Assembly (NCBI GenBank): GCA_045590155.1
Contig: JAZNQL010000021.1
Location: 5,982-69,981 of the forward strand
Direction: 5' to 3'
Length of the DNA: 64,000 nucleotides
Source of the DNA: Clostridia bacterium
GTDB taxonomy: Bacteria > Bacillota > Clostridia > UMGS1883 > UMGS1540
The notes under the pieces are model-generated. The model had not been told where the DNA came from. It saw only the letters and a program-made list of their open reading frames with translations, and did no database searches. Both the position numbers and the translations under genes were made by a program. Numbering within the stretch: the first letter of the stretch is position 1; every line of letters begins with the position of its first letter. Positions 9,673 through 20,115 of this stretch are shown here, piece after piece.

Positions 9673-11040
9673 ATGAATAAAAAACTGGAAGCTTTTAAAG
9701 AAAGTATAAGCGGTAAAAGGGTTACAGTGCTTGGCATAGGCATAAGCAATAAGCCCTTGATTAAAATGCTGCTCTCGTTTGGTGCACATGTAACAGCGTG
9801 CGATAAAAATGAAGAACTTTCTGCTGATTTACTTCAGCTTATGAAGCTTGGTGCAAGATTTAATTTAGGCGAAAAATATCTTGATGATTTAGATTGCGAT
9901 ATTATATTTAAAACTCCCGGTATGAGAAGTGACATTCCAGAGCTTTTGGAAGCAAAGCAAAAAGGAATTAAAATAACAAGTGAAATGGAGCTTTTTTTCG
10001 AGCTGTGCCCCTGTAAAATTATAGGTGTAACAGGAAGCGATGGAAAAACTACCACAACCACTTTGATTTATAATATGCTTTGTGAAGAAGGTTATACATG
10101 CCATCTTGGCGGTAATATAGGAGAACCTTTACTTCCTAAAATAGAAAATATGGAAAAAACCGACTATGTTGTAGCAGAGCTTTCAAGCTTTCAGCTTCAT
10201 ACAATGAAGCGCAGCCCCAATATTGCTGTTGTTACAAATGTGTCGCCAAACCATCTTGATGTTCACAAGTCTATGAACGAATACATAGAAGCTAAAAAGA
10301 ACATTTTTAATTATCAGACAAAAACCGGCAAGCTTATATTAAATGCCGATAACGAAATAACAGCATCATTTGCAGAAGCGGCAAAAGGTGAGGTTATACC
10401 TTTTTCTATACAACAAAATAAAACAGAAGGTGTTTATATTGATGAAGAAAACAACATCTGTTTTGGCGAAAATAAAATTATAAATGCAAACGAAATAGCA
10501 ATCCCCGGAACACACAATGTAGAAAATTATATGGCAGCAATAGCTGCAGTTGCAAAACTTGTAAATGTTACCTCGATAAGAGCAGTAGCGCGCAATTTTA
10601 AAGGGGTTGAGCATCGTATTGAATATGTTCGCGAGGTTGACGGTGTTAAGTTTTATAACGATTCTATCGCAAGCAGTCCAACCCGTGCCCGTGCAGGCCT
10701 TTATTCGTTTAAGCAGAAAGTAATACTTATAGCAGGCGGATACGATAAGCATATTCCGTTTGACGAATTCGGCGAGGATATTAAGGCAAGATGTAAAAGA
10801 CTTTATCTTATAGGCGCAACAGCACCGCTTATAAAGGAAGCTGTAATTAAAGCTTATGAAGGAAAACGTACTTTGCCAATAATTCAGTACCCCACACTTG
10901 AAAGAGCTGTAAAAGAAGCATATATGGCTGCCGAAGCAGGAGATGTTGTAATACTTTCCCCTGCATGCGCAAGCTTTGACATGTATAAAAATTTTGAAGA
11001 ACGCGGAAAAAGATATAAGGAAATAGTTCGGTCGCTGTAA
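9673..11040 (+). CDS. murD: UDP-N-acetylmuramoylalanine--D-glutamate ligase
   Basis: 455 aa. Mur ligase P-loop GVTGSDGKTTTTTLI and a typical MurD N-terminal Rossmann domain. Confidence 0.9.
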   Translation: MNKKLEAFKESISGKRVTVLGIGISNKPLIKMLLSFGAHVTACDKNEELSADLLQLMKLGARFNLGEKYLDDLDCDIIFKTPGMRSDIPELLEAKQKGIKITSEMELFFELCPCKIIGVTGSDGKTTTTTLIYNMLCEEGYTCHLGGNIGEPLLPKIENMEKTDYVVAELSSFQLHTMKRSPNIAVVTNVSPNHLDVHKSMNEYIEAKKNIFNYQTKTGKLILNADNEITASFAEAAKGEVIPFSIQQNKTEGVYIDEENNICFGENKIINANEIAIPGTHNVENYMAAIAAVAKLVNVTSIRAVARNFKGVEHRIEYVREVDGVKFYNDSIASSPTRARAGLYSFKQKVILIAGGYDKHIPFDEFGEDIKARCKRLYLIGATAPLIKEAVIKAYEGKRTLPIIQYPTLERAVKEAYMAAEAGDVVILSPACASFDMYKNFEERGKRYKEIVRSL

Positions 11041-11061
11041 GACTGAGAAAAGAGGACGTAA

Positions 11062-12324
11062 ATGAGCAAATTGTTGGTAAACGGCGGCAAGGAGCTTTTT
11101 GGAGAAGTAAATATAAGCGGAGCCAAAAATGCGGCGGTTGCAATAATACCTGCGGCAATTTTGGCTGATGGTGTGTGCAGAATAGAAAACGTGCCTGACA
11201 TCAAGGATGTTGAGGTTGTTTTGGACATACTTAAAATTCTTGGAGCAAAGGTAAATAAAATTGATTCAAATACTCTTGAAATAGATTCAAGATATTTAAA
11301 CAGTTTTATCGCCGATTGTGAAGAAGCCAGAAAAATGAGGGTATCATATTATCTTATGGGTGCTCTTTTAGGCAGAATGGGCAGAGCCAGAGTAAGACTT
11401 CCGGGCGGATGCAATTTTGGAGAAAGACCCATTGACCAGCACATAAAGGGTTTTGAAGCAATGGGGGCGGATGTTACAATTGACGGATGCGTAGTTTCTG
11501 CAAAGGCAGAACACCTTGCGGGTGAGTCAATATATCTTGATATTGTCAGTGTAGGTGCTACAATAAATATAATGCTTGCAGCATGCCTTGCAGACGGAAA
11601 AACCATAATAGAAAATGCAGCTAAAGAGCCTCATATAGTTGACGTTGCAAACTTTTTAAACTCTATGGGAGCAAAAATAAGAGGGGCAGGTACCGATACA
11701 ATACGTATTGAGGGTGTAGAAAAAATGCACGGCGGTACTTACAGCATAATTCCCGACCAGATAGAGGCAGGCACATTTATGATTGCTGTGGCAGGCTGTG
11801 GCGGAGAAGTGCTTGTAAAAAATATTATACCAAAGCATATGGAATCTTTAAGTGCAAAGCTTGAAGAGGTAGGAGTACAGATAAAAGAATTTGACGATTC
11901 AATTTTAGTAAGCCGTAAAAAGGATGTACCGCTTCGACGTGCAAATATAAAAACAATGCCTTATCCCGGATTTCCTACCGATTTACAACCCCAGATAGTT
12001 GCCCTTTTAAGCATGGCAGAGGGGACAAGCACTGTAACAGAAAGTGTTTGGGAATCACGTTTTCAGTATACTGAAGAACTTAAAAAAATGGGAGCTGACA
12101 TTGTAATAGGCGGTAACCGTGCGGTAATACACGGTGTAAAAATGCTTCGCGGGACAGAGGTTATGGCAACCGATTTACGTGCAGGGGCAAGCCTTGTAAT
12201 ATCGGCCCTTATGACAGAGGGACAAACCTTTATAGGCAATCTTGCTTTTATTGAACGCGGATACGAAAAAATCGAAGAAAAGCTTACAGGCTTAGGTGCT
12301 GATATAAGGAAGGTAGAAGGATGA
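11062..12324 (+). CDS. murA: UDP-N-acetylglucosamine 1-carboxyvinyltransferase
   Basis: 420 aa. [35 protein letters not shown] start and active-site Cys region …[14 protein letters not shown]…. Confidence 0.9.
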   Translation: MSKLLVNGGKELFGEVNISGAKNAAVAIIPAAILADGVCRIENVPDIKDVEVVLDILKILGAKVNKIDSNTLEIDSRYLNSFIADCEEARKMRVSYYLMGALLGRMGRARVRLPGGCNFGERPIDQHIKGFEAMGADVTIDGCVVSAKAEHLAGESIYLDIVSVGATINIMLAACLADGKTIIENAAKEPHIVDVANFLNSMGAKIRGAGTDTIRIEGVEKMHGGTYSIIPDQIEAGTFMIAVAGCGGEVLVKNIIPKHMESLSAKLEEVGVQIKEFDDSILVSRKKDVPLRRANIKTMPYPGFPTDLQPQIVALLSMAEGTSTVTESVWESRFQYTEELKKMGADIVIGGNRAVIHGVKMLRGTEVMATDLRAGASLVISALMTEGQTFIGNLAFIERGYEKIEEKLTGLGADIRKVEG

Positions 12325-13097
12325 CGGAATTTTGCTCCTTATTTAGCGGAAGCAGTGGTAATGCATGCTATATAAAACATAACGATACTGCTCTGCTTGT
12401 AGATGCAGGCGTAAGCGGAAAGAAAATTGAAGAGGCAATTTGTGCAATAGAAGGTAATGTAAAAAACATACAGGGTATATTGGTAACACATGAACATTCC
12501 GACCATATAAATTCGGTCGGAATTTTATCCCGCCGATATAAAATTCCTGTTTTTGCGACAAGCGGGACGTTTGAAGGAATGTCGGTAGGAGAATACTATC
12601 AGAAGGTTACAATAAAAGCAGGTCAGGATTTTGAAGTGGGCGGCATAAAAATAAAGCCCTTTTCAATTCCTCATGATGCTGCAGAACCTGTTGGATATAA
12701 TTTTTATGCAGACAGAAAGAAGATAACTGTGGCAACCGATATAGGCAGGATGAGCGAAGCGTTGTTTGTATCACTTTCCGGTTCTAATCTTATACTTTTA
12801 GAATCGAATCATGATAAAAAGATGCTTTTACAGGGAGTGTATCCTTTAAGCTTAAAACGGCGTATAGCAGGAGAGAGGGGACATCTTTCTAACGAAGAAG
12901 CGGCGCTTTGTGCGGCACGGCTTGTCGAAACGGGTACAAACAATATAATACTCGGGCATTTAAGCGGAGAAAATAATATTCCTTCAATTGCATATAACGA
13001 ATCGGCAAAAGCTATTGAAAGAACGGGAGTATCAGTGGGGAAAGACGTGCGACTTTGCGTTGCACGGGCATCCCAAAACGAGAAAATTACATTATGA
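12321..13097 (+). CDS. MBL-fold metallo-hydrolase (YycJ/WalJ-like)
   Basis: 258 aa with an HxHxDH motif ([10 protein letters not shown]). Its position directly upstream of rlmH mirrors the B. subtilis walJ…rlmH arrangement. Confidence 0.7.
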   Translation: MTEFCSLFSGSSGNACYIKHNDTALLVDAGVSGKKIEEAICAIEGNVKNIQGILVTHEHSDHINSVGILSRRYKIPVFATSGTFEGMSVGEYYQKVTIKAGQDFEVGGIKIKPFSIPHDAAEPVGYNFYADRKKITVATDIGRMSEALFVSLSGSNLILLESNHDKKMLLQGVYPLSLKRRIAGERGHLSNEEAALCAARLVETGTNNIILGHLSGENNIPSIAYNESAKAIERTGVSVGKDVRLCVARASQNEKITL

Positions 13098-13567
13098 AAA
13101 TAAAGATAATAGCGGTTGGTAAGCTTAAAGAAAAATTCTGGCAGGAAGCCTGCGGAGAGTACATAAAACGTTTATCACGTTTTGTAAATATTGAAATAAC
13201 TGAACTTGCAGATTTAAAAATTCCCGACAAAGCATCACTTTCTGAGTGCGAAAAAATAAAAAATGCAGAAGGCGAAAAAATTCTTTCTTCTGTGAAAAAG
13301 GAAGAAATTATAAGTCTTTGCATTGAAGGGAACAAGGTTTCAAGCCTTGATATGGCACAGATTATAAAAAATGCCGAAAATTCGGGAAAAAGCCTTGCTT
13401 TTGTAATAGGCGGTTCGCTGGGACTTTCGGATGAAGTAAAGAAAGCCTCAAAAATGCGCATCTCAATGTCGGATATGACTTTTCCGCACCAGCTTGCAAG
13501 AGTAATGCTTGCAGAACAAATTTACCGTGCATTCAAGATAAATGCAAACGAAAGTTATCATAAATAA
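13094..13567 (+). CDS. rlmH: 23S rRNA (pseudouridine1915-N3)-methyltransferase RlmH
   Basis: Start chosen at the ATG at 13094 ([16 protein letters not shown]…), giving 157 aa, rather than the longer ORF start at 13055. SPOUT fold with a typical RlmH C-terminus. Confidence 0.85.
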   Translation: MKIKIIAVGKLKEKFWQEACGEYIKRLSRFVNIEITELADLKIPDKASLSECEKIKNAEGEKILSSVKKEEIISLCIEGNKVSSLDMAQIIKNAENSGKSLAFVIGGSLGLSDEVKKASKMRISMSDMTFPHQLARVMLAEQIYRAFKINANESYHK

Positions 13568-13600
13568 TAAAAGCTGAACAATTTTTGTTCAGCTTTTATT
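13568..13600. terminator. Bidirectional rho-independent terminator between rlmH and the convergent DHHW gene
   Basis: 12-bp stem AAAGCTGAACAA / TTGTTCAGCTTT with a 4-nt loop, flanked by A/T runs on both sides. Confidence 0.7.
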
Positions 13601-14684
13601 ATTTTAACCAAAATGAATTTGTATCGGTAAGCAATGTATCAACGCCGTACATAAAAAGAATTTCATCAATTTGATTTTCTGCTATAATATCCGAAACAGA
13701 TTTTCTGTAATATCTTAAATCGACCATATATATTTCACTGTAATTTGCAGTTAAAAACGGAGCAAAGCACTGAGCAAACGAATCCTTTACAATAAGAATT
13801 TTTCTGTCGTTTGAATAAGGATTTTTAATTTTTAAAAAGCTGTGATTTCCTTCTAAAAATACGGGGTACTTGTCGGGTGCGGAAAGGTGCTCTTTAAAGA
13901 AAAGAGTGTCATAAGTTTTTTGGTCCTCATAAATTTCAACACTTACTTTTTCACTATTGTCCCAAAGCTCAATTTTGTCGGGTGGGGTTAAAAAATAACC
14001 GCTTCCCGAATATGTTGTTCCATAAAAATCATCGTATGTTTCTATATTGTAATCATCGCATATATCCATACCTTTTTTCTCGCAAAAGGCTTGATACACA
14101 AGATAATTTCCGTAAGAAGTCAAATGATGGTCGGTTTTGTAAAACACTTGCTTTTCTGCATTTTTAAGAAGTGGGCGTACATCAAGCAAATCAAGGTCTT
14201 GCTTTTTGCAAAAAGCAAAAAGCTCGCCGTCGGGGTACTCCTTTGAGTGTTTTGGCAAAACATCTTCCATAACATAACCTGTGTGCGGAATTATAATAAG
14301 GTTTGACGGGATATCTGATTTTTTTGAAAATTCACTAAACTTTTCAATATTTTTTTCAAATGTTTTATAATCCGTGTTTTTTGGCGCATTTATAAGATAA
14401 CCGTCTTTACAAAAATAAATATCCGAGGCAGTGTTTTTGCCCAAAGCAAGATTTGTATATGAGTTTAACCCCTTGAAGAAATCCCTGAAAAATACGTGGT
14501 CTGACACAAACTCTTCAAACGATGAAAGATAACTTCCGTCAAGCAAAGCAGAAACAGAAAATTCGGGCATAACGGCAAGATACCTTTTTTCGTTTTGGGA
14601 ATATTCTTTTCCCGAATTTACAAAAAGAAGTACGGACATTAAAAATATAAAAACTAAAAAAACAACCGAAATAACTTTTTTCAT
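13599..14684 (-). CDS. DHHW-family extracytoplasmic protein (AlgX/AlgJ/PatB-like O-acyltransferase partner of MBOAT)
   Basis: Start chosen at the internal Met (MKKVISVVFLVFIFLMSVLLF, signal anchor). …KTDHHLTSYG… is a DHHW-type motif. The gene lies immediately downstream of the MBOAT gene. Confidence 0.6.
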   Translation of the reverse strand: MKKVISVVFLVFIFLMSVLLFVNSGKEYSQNEKRYLAVMPEFSVSALLDGSYLSSFEEFVSDHVFFRDFFKGLNSYTNLALGKNTASDIYFCKDGYLINAPKNTDYKTFEKNIEKFSEFSKKSDIPSNLIIIPHTGYVMEDVLPKHSKEYPDGELFAFCKKQDLDLLDVRPLLKNAEKQVFYKTDHHLTSYGNYLVYQAFCEKKGMDICDDYNIETYDDFYGTTYSGSGYFLTPPDKIELWDNSEKVSVEIYEDQKTYDTLFFKEHLSAPDKYPVFLEGNHSFLKIKNPYSNDRKILIVKDSFAQCFAPFLTANYSEIYMVDLRYYRKSVSDIIAENQIDEILFMYGVDTLLTDTNSFWLK

Positions 14685-14692
14685 AAAGACCT

Positions 14693-16051
14693 CTAAAAAC
14701 GGAAATATAAAAATGGATTGTAGCTTGAGCTTACAAGACTTGCAGTACAAAGCAAAAGTCCCATAAAACACAAAACGGCGGTAAAAACAGGAGCATATTT
14801 TTTATTGCACACAGATAAATAAAGCCTTTTTGCTATGGGTGTTGAAGCAAAGCTTGCAATTATCAGCATAATAAGATAGGGTAAAACGTTTACATTGCCA
14901 AAAAGCTTCCCGCAAAACATAGCTGTTATATATTCCTTTAATGCCGAAAAACTTTCTGATGCAAAAAGAACCCAGCCTATTATAACTATGAAGAGAGTGT
15001 ATATATGCCTTAAAATACGTGGGAGTTTTGCTAAAAATTTGCCAATGAACAGTTTTTCAAAAAGCAAAAGCAAACCATAGTAAAGTCCCCATAAAATTAA
15101 GTTCCAGCCTGCGCCGTGCCAAAGACCTGTAAGCATCCACACAAGAAGAATATTAAAGCAGAAGCGGAGCTTTTTAACACGGTTTCCGCCTAAAGGGATA
15201 TACACATAATCACGAAACCACGAACTCAAGGAAATATGCCATCTGCGCCAAAAGTCTGTTATACTCTCGGCAATATACGGGTAGTTAAAGTTTATCATAA
15301 ACTCAAAGCCCAGCATTCTGCCTAAACCTATTGCCATATCGGAATATCCGCTGAAATCAAAATATATCTGGAATGTAAAAGCAATGGCGCCAAGCCATGC
15401 ACCTAAAACGCCTGCTTCAAACGGGGCAGAGGATATACTGTCCCACAAAAGACCAAATTGATTTGCAAGCAACACTTTTTTTGCAAGACCCGAAACAAAC
15501 GAGGTAACACCTTCTGAAAAATCCGACTTTCGATTTACAAGCTGTGAATCAACATCTCTGTATCGAACAATGGGACCTGCAATAAGCTGGGGAAAAAGCG
15601 AAATGTATGTTGAAAAATTTATAAAACTGTGCTCTGCACGGCAGGAGCCTCTGTAAACATCAATAACGTACGATACTGCCTGGAAGGTGTAAAACGAAAT
15701 ACCTATCGGCAAAGGTATATTAACATCGGGAAAATTAAACGGAAGAACACTGTTTAAGCTTGTAAAAATAAAAGAAGTATACTTAAATATAAAAAGAGAA
15801 CCTATATTGAGTGCTATTGCAAATATAAGCAAAACTTTTTTACGGTTTGACTTTTCAATTACTCTTGCAAATAAAAAATTAACAACCATAGATGCAAGCA
15901 TTATAACAACATACAAAGGCTCTCCGTAAGCATAAAAAACAAGATTTGCAAAAAGCAGAAAAATGTTACGGAATCTTTCTGGGATTATATAGTTTATAAG
16001 AAGAACCGCAGGTAAAAATATAAACAGAAACGGCAAACTTGAAAAGACCAT
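14693..16051 (-). CDS. MBOAT-family membrane O-acyltransferase (DltB/AlgI/PatA-like)
   Basis: 452 aa, polytopic. N-terminal FLFIFLPAVLL…NLVFYAYGEP start and a conserved His region (…LWHGAGWN…) typical of MBOAT. Confidence 0.85.
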   Translation of the reverse strand: MVFSSLPFLFIFLPAVLLINYIIPERFRNIFLLFANLVFYAYGEPLYVVIMLASMVVNFLFARVIEKSNRKKVLLIFAIALNIGSLFIFKYTSFIFTSLNSVLPFNFPDVNIPLPIGISFYTFQAVSYVIDVYRGSCRAEHSFINFSTYISLFPQLIAGPIVRYRDVDSQLVNRKSDFSEGVTSFVSGLAKKVLLANQFGLLWDSISSAPFEAGVLGAWLGAIAFTFQIYFDFSGYSDMAIGLGRMLGFEFMINFNYPYIAESITDFWRRWHISLSSWFRDYVYIPLGGNRVKKLRFCFNILLVWMLTGLWHGAGWNLILWGLYYGLLLLFEKLFIGKFLAKLPRILRHIYTLFIVIIGWVLFASESFSALKEYITAMFCGKLFGNVNVLPYLIMLIIASFASTPIAKRLYLSVCNKKYAPVFTAVLCFMGLLLCTASLVSSSYNPFLYFRF

Positions 16052-16093
16052 AATATCTCCTTAAAATAAGCCGTCTTAGAAGACGGCTGCTTG

Positions 16094-16582
16094 TTATTTT
16101 ACAAATTCTTGATATACCGAAAGCATATCATTTTGCAAGGGAGATAAGAAAATAGAAACGAAATTACCTGTTCTTATTACCTTGCATTCCTGCGCCAGAG
16201 CATAGTTTTCGGCGTCGTAGGATTTAGATTGAAGCAAAACCTCCGAAAGTCTTGCAGTAAGTGACTGTTCAATTTTGTCAGCACAAGAGCTGTCTTTGCC
16301 TTGTGTCATTACAATTTCGTGAGGGAAGGTTCCATCCATTGTAACAAAGCTTGCAGACTGTAAAAGAATATCCTCGCTTATGCCATATAAATCCAGAAGG
16401 TCAGCACTTTCGATTAAAATTGCATCCTGAATTGAAAGTGTGTTTGTAATTTCGTCCCTTACGGCAGTAAGGTCAACATTTATTTCTGGCTGATTTTCGG
16501 CGGTAGCGGGATTATTGCTTTCACACCCCGAAAAAGTAAAAGCTAAAAATATTGCTAAACTAATTATTAAAAACTTTTTCAT
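16094..16582 (-). CDS. Lipoprotein, DUF4358-like, commonly encoded with MBOAT/DHHW pairs
   Basis: MKKFLIISLAIFLAFTFSGC lipobox at the internal Met (the ORF starts 4 codons earlier). A small extracytoplasmic domain follows. Confidence 0.5.
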   Translation of the reverse strand: MKKFLIISLAIFLAFTFSGCESNNPATAENQPEINVDLTAVRDEITNTLSIQDAILIESADLLDLYGISEDILLQSASFVTMDGTFPHEIVMTQGKDSSCADKIEQSLTARLSEVLLQSKSYDAENYALAQECKVIRTGNFVSIFLSPLQNDMLSVYQEFVK

Positions 16583-16595
16583 AAAGTACCTCATT

Positions 16596-17966
16596 TCAAT
16601 TTAATCCGGGTGGGATATGTGTTTTTAAGTAGTTTACCCATACATCGGCACCCTTATCGTTAAAATGTATGCCCATGCCTGTATTGTCACTGCAAAAATC
16701 AGGATTAAGATATCCATATTCGTCTTTTAAATAAGAAGCAACGTCAAGATAATACCATCCGTTATCGGAACACATTTTTGCAAGCTGCTCGTTATAGCTA
16801 TTTATGGAATTGATGTTCAAATCCTCGTCTGCACGCGAACTTTTGTAAGTTATAGGTGTTACCGACTGAACAAATATAACACAATCAGGCGATTTTGTTA
16901 AAATATCTTCAATAAGCATTTTGGTCGATTGAAGAGAAGAATCAAAATCAATAGCAATACCGTTCATACCAAGCATAATGTAAACCTTTTGAGCATCTGT
17001 CATTAAAATTCCGTCGGCGGGTTTTAATTTTTTGCCTCGAAAAGAGGGGTGTATTGATTCATTGGTAACATCCTGCACAGCACTCATAGGACTTAAACTT
17101 TCGGCACATAAAAATTTTGCCTTTCCTAAAGCGGAGGTTTCTTTGTTATAAAACTGAAGCTTTACAGAAATAGAATCTCCGATAAAAACAGCATTGTCAA
17201 AAAAGGAATCCAAAACAGATGAACTTTGCGTTACAAATGGGTCAAAGCCCTTTTCGGGAACTGGAGCAAAGTCTTTGTAAAGATTGTCGTAAGCCCCCGA
17301 AGTAATATTTACTGATTCATCGGCATTTTCGGTTAAAGCCGACATAAGAGAATAAAGACATGCAGCAAGCTCTCTTTTTCTGACAGGGTTTTGCGGATAA
17401 AGATAACCGTTACCGTAGCCGTTTACAATTCCTGCCATTTTACAAGCCACAACATCAGAACGATTTTTGTCCGAAACAAGCAATGAATCTATAAATTGTG
17501 AAGGCTCATAAATTTTAGCAAGATTAAGCTTTGTGCTTCTTGCAAAGTTTATTAAAACAGAGCAAAACTCTTCTTTTGTCACATTCTGGGCAGGGGCAAA
17601 CGAACTTATACTTGCAACATCCATAATACCGTTTTCGCAACACCATGCGGCAGGAATAAAAAACTCGGATTCTTGCTCCAAATCTGCAAAATGGCACTGT
17701 GTAATATCATTTTCAATGCCCCTGAAACCGGCAAGTGAATATAATGCAAAAGCAAGCTCTGCACGGGTTATATTTTTATCATGTTCAAATAAATTTTGAG
17801 AGGGGAGAAAACCGTTATATCCTAAAGCGGATGCGGCATCAAAAAACCAGTCTTTGTCATTGACATCAGAGTAAGGGTTAGTCCATCTTTCCTCCGACGA
17901 GATTGGATATATGGTAAATGAAATGAATAAAATTGTGAGCAAAAAAGAAGTTATGATTTTTTTCAT
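16596..17966 (-). CDS. Secreted SLH-domain protein fused to an SGNH/GDSL-type hydrolase domain (putative polysaccharide O-acetylesterase or transferase)
   Basis: Signal peptide (MKKIITSFLLTILFISF). N-terminal SLH-like repeats (…ITRAELAFALYSL…, …RKRELAACLYSLM…). C-terminal …VFIGDSISV… GDS(L) block and a later SGNH-like region. An alternative start lies 6 codons upstream at 17984. Confidence 0.6.
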   Translation of the reverse strand: MKKIITSFLLTILFISFTIYPISSEERWTNPYSDVNDKDWFFDAASALGYNGFLPSQNLFEHDKNITRAELAFALYSLAGFRGIENDITQCHFADLEQESEFFIPAAWCCENGIMDVASISSFAPAQNVTKEEFCSVLINFARSTKLNLAKIYEPSQFIDSLLVSDKNRSDVVACKMAGIVNGYGNGYLYPQNPVRKRELAACLYSLMSALTENADESVNITSGAYDNLYKDFAPVPEKGFDPFVTQSSSVLDSFFDNAVFIGDSISVKLQFYNKETSALGKAKFLCAESLSPMSAVQDVTNESIHPSFRGKKLKPADGILMTDAQKVYIMLGMNGIAIDFDSSLQSTKMLIEDILTKSPDCVIFVQSVTPITYKSSRADEDLNINSINSYNEQLAKMCSDNGWYYLDVASYLKDEYGYLNPDFCSDNTGMGIHFNDKGADVWVNYLKTHIPPGLN

Positions 17967-18067
17967 TTGTGTTCTCCAAAACAAAGTATTATCAGCCTAA
18001 CAATCTTATCACGCTTGAAAATAAAAGTCAATATGTAATTATTAATATATAATCAAAAAAATATATG

Positions 18068-18096
18068 TTGACAAATATGTAAGTCGAGTGTATAAT
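18068..18096 (+). promoter_or_regulatory. Consensus sigma-A promoter for greA (TTGACA-17-TATAAT)
   Basis: TTGACA at 18068-18073, exact 17-nt spacer, TATAAT at 18091-18096. greA starts 60 nt downstream. Confidence 0.7.
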
Positions 18097-18155
18097 GTAT
18101 AAAGTTGTTATGCATAATATTTTAGCGAGTTATGCATGGGAGGGAGTGAAATAAA

Positions 18156-18629
18156 GTGGAAAAACAAGTTATTATGACACTCGAAGGAAAAAAGAAGCTG
18201 GAAGAAGAACTTGATTACTTAAAATCTACCGGCAGAATGGACGTGACAGAAAAAATAAAGCAGGCACGTGCCTTTGGCGACTTGTCGGAAAACAGTGAGT
18301 ACGACGAAGCTAAAAACGAACAGGCACAAATGGAATCGCGCATAATTGCAATTGAACAAATGCTTAAATACGCAAAAGTAATTGACGAAAGTGCAATTGA
18401 TACATCAATCGTAAGTATAGGTTCCAAAGTAAAAGTTTACGACTGCGAATTTGAAGAAGAAATAGATTATTGTATCGTAGGTTCAACCGAAGCCGACCCT
18501 GTGGAAAACAAAATATCAGACGAATCACCTGTAGGAAAAGCCCTTTTAGGCGCAAAAATAGGTGACACTGTAACGGCAAAAGTTCCCACCGGAGAAATTC
18601 AGTTCAAAGTACTTGAAATCACAAAATAA
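18156..18629 (+). CDS. greA: Transcription elongation factor GreA
   Basis: 157 aa. N-terminal coiled-coil with …[13 protein letters not shown]… acidic tip motif and a C-terminal FKBP-like domain. Confidence 0.9.
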   Translation: MEKQVIMTLEGKKKLEEELDYLKSTGRMDVTEKIKQARAFGDLSENSEYDEAKNEQAQMESRIIAIEQMLKYAKVIDESAIDTSIVSIGSKVKVYDCEFEEEIDYCIVGSTEADPVENKISDESPVGKALLGAKIGDTVTAKVPTGEIQFKVLEITK

Positions 18630-18666
18630 AAAAATCCCGAAGGGTTAAACCCTTCGGGATTTTTTA
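18628..18666. terminator. Bidirectional rho-independent terminator (greA and convergent phage-like cluster)
   Basis: 11-bp GC-rich stem ATCCCGAAGGG / CCCTTCGGGAT with loop TTAAA, flanked by an A-run and a T-run. Confidence 0.8.
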
Positions 18667-18675
18667 TATTTAAAA

Positions 18676-19755
18676 TCATTTCAAACCTGCAAGTGCCCAT
18701 GCTTTTTGGATATCCGACATTCTTTCGTAATCAATTTCGTCTTTCCATTTTTCAAAATCAAAGTCGCCTTTTTTCTGGTAGTACTCAAATTCTATTTCCT
18801 TTTGCATAATAAAGGCACGCATTTCTTCGTCTGTGCCGAAAGAAATAAGTTTCATTTTATCTTCTAAATCTTGTTTTCTCTCTCTTTCGCTTTGTGATAA
18901 GGTTCCTTCTTCTATGTCAAGAATATCTGCAGAACTCTTGTCAACCTCGCCTAAAAATTCGCTTCTTTTGTAAGCGGAGTCTATAAGATCAGATTTTTGC
19001 TTTCTGCCTTCTTCCTCGGCATTTTGAATAAACTCAATATTCTTTGTTCTTCGTGAGTTCTCTTCATTTGCAAGTTGTTGCATATTGTCTATGTAAGAAG
19101 CCAAATTTTCTTGTTCCTGTTTATACTTTTCAAAAGCCTTTTCTTCATATTCGGGAATAAGTTCCTGCGCTGCAGCTTGAGTGTATAATGCGTTTAAAGA
19201 ACTGTTTAAAACACCCTGACTGTTAAGTTTCTGCTGTGCCTTTTGCATGGCAAGCTCTTGCGCTGCGGCAAGATTTTTATCGCTTGCAGGGTCATAGGAA
19301 AAACTATTTTTCTTATACTTTTCCAGAGCTTGGTGTGCGGCATCTTCATATTTACTTTTGCCTGCCGAGTGTAGCTTGTCAATATAATTATTGTGAGCAT
19401 ATAAAGTACCGCCAAGATTTATAAAATTTCCGTCTTCAGGATTATAGTTTTTGCCGTTTATGTTAAGATAACGACTTTGACCTGTGTCTATCCATCCAAC
19501 ACTGTCGCCTTTGTTTGAAAGCTCTGTTCTGACATTTCCCATTCCTTTGCCTGCACCTACACCTGCGCTTACTAAAAGGTTATTTAAATCATCACGGCTC
19601 TTTGCATAATACGAACCGTTTTTAAGTTTAAGACCGTTGTTTCCTATGTTTCTTGTAATACCGCTCGCATCTGTTATTAAAATGCCACCGCTTTTCTCGT
19701 CATAGCCAACATCGTATCCGTAATTTTTAAAATAATCTCTTGCCTTAATTGCCAT
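18676..19755 (-). CDS. Hypothetical phage-cluster protein (coiled-coil-rich C-terminal half)
   Basis: 359 aa, last gene of the cluster. No recognisable catalytic motifs. Gln/Glu/Lys-rich coiled-coil segment at 150-330. Confidence 0.3.
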   Translation of the reverse strand: MAIKARDYFKNYGYDVGYDEKSGGILITDASGITRNIGNNGLKLKNGSYYAKSRDDLNNLLVSAGVGAGKGMGNVRTELSNKGDSVGWIDTGQSRYLNINGKNYNPEDGNFINLGGTLYAHNNYIDKLHSAGKSKYEDAAHQALEKYKKNSFSYDPASDKNLAAAQELAMQKAQQKLNSQGVLNSSLNALYTQAAAQELIPEYEEKAFEKYKQEQENLASYIDNMQQLANEENSRRTKNIEFIQNAEEEGRKQKSDLIDSAYKRSEFLGEVDKSSADILDIEEGTLSQSERERKQDLEDKMKLISFGTDEEMRAFIMQKEIEFEYYQKKGDFDFEKWKDEIDYERMSDIQKAWALAGLK

Positions 19756-19770
19756 AAAAACACTCCTTTC

Positions 19771-20115
19771 TTAAACAACTTTTAATATTATTCCATTGGA
19801 GTAATGAACTGTTTTTCCGTCTGCACTTTTAAAAGTGCCACTGCCCGAAGGCGAGGCGTAAAAAACAAATTCATTGTTACGAAAGCCTACCTCAAAATTA
19901 TTTCCGCATTTTATATTTTTGCCCGAGATACAAAAACTTCCGTCTGCACTTTTTATAGGGGTAATGTCAGTGTTTATAGAAATTATGTTGCTGCTGTCAA
20001 GCTTTTGAAGTAAAAAGTTAAGATCTTTTTGCAAACGTATAACGGCATCTTCAAGTTTTTTTAAGTTTCCGTCAAAACCGGCAGAGTCAATTTTTAATTC
20101 AGTTTTCATTACCAT
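19771..20115 (-). CDS. Hypothetical phage-cluster protein
   Basis: 114 aa ORF tightly packed (overlapping) with its neighbours. No recognisable motif. Confidence 0.3.
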   Translation of the reverse strand: MVMKTELKIDSAGFDGNLKKLEDAVIRLQKDLNFLLQKLDSSNIISINTDITPIKSADGSFCISGKNIKCGNNFEVGFRNNEFVFYASPSGSGTFKSADGKTVHYSNGIILKVV

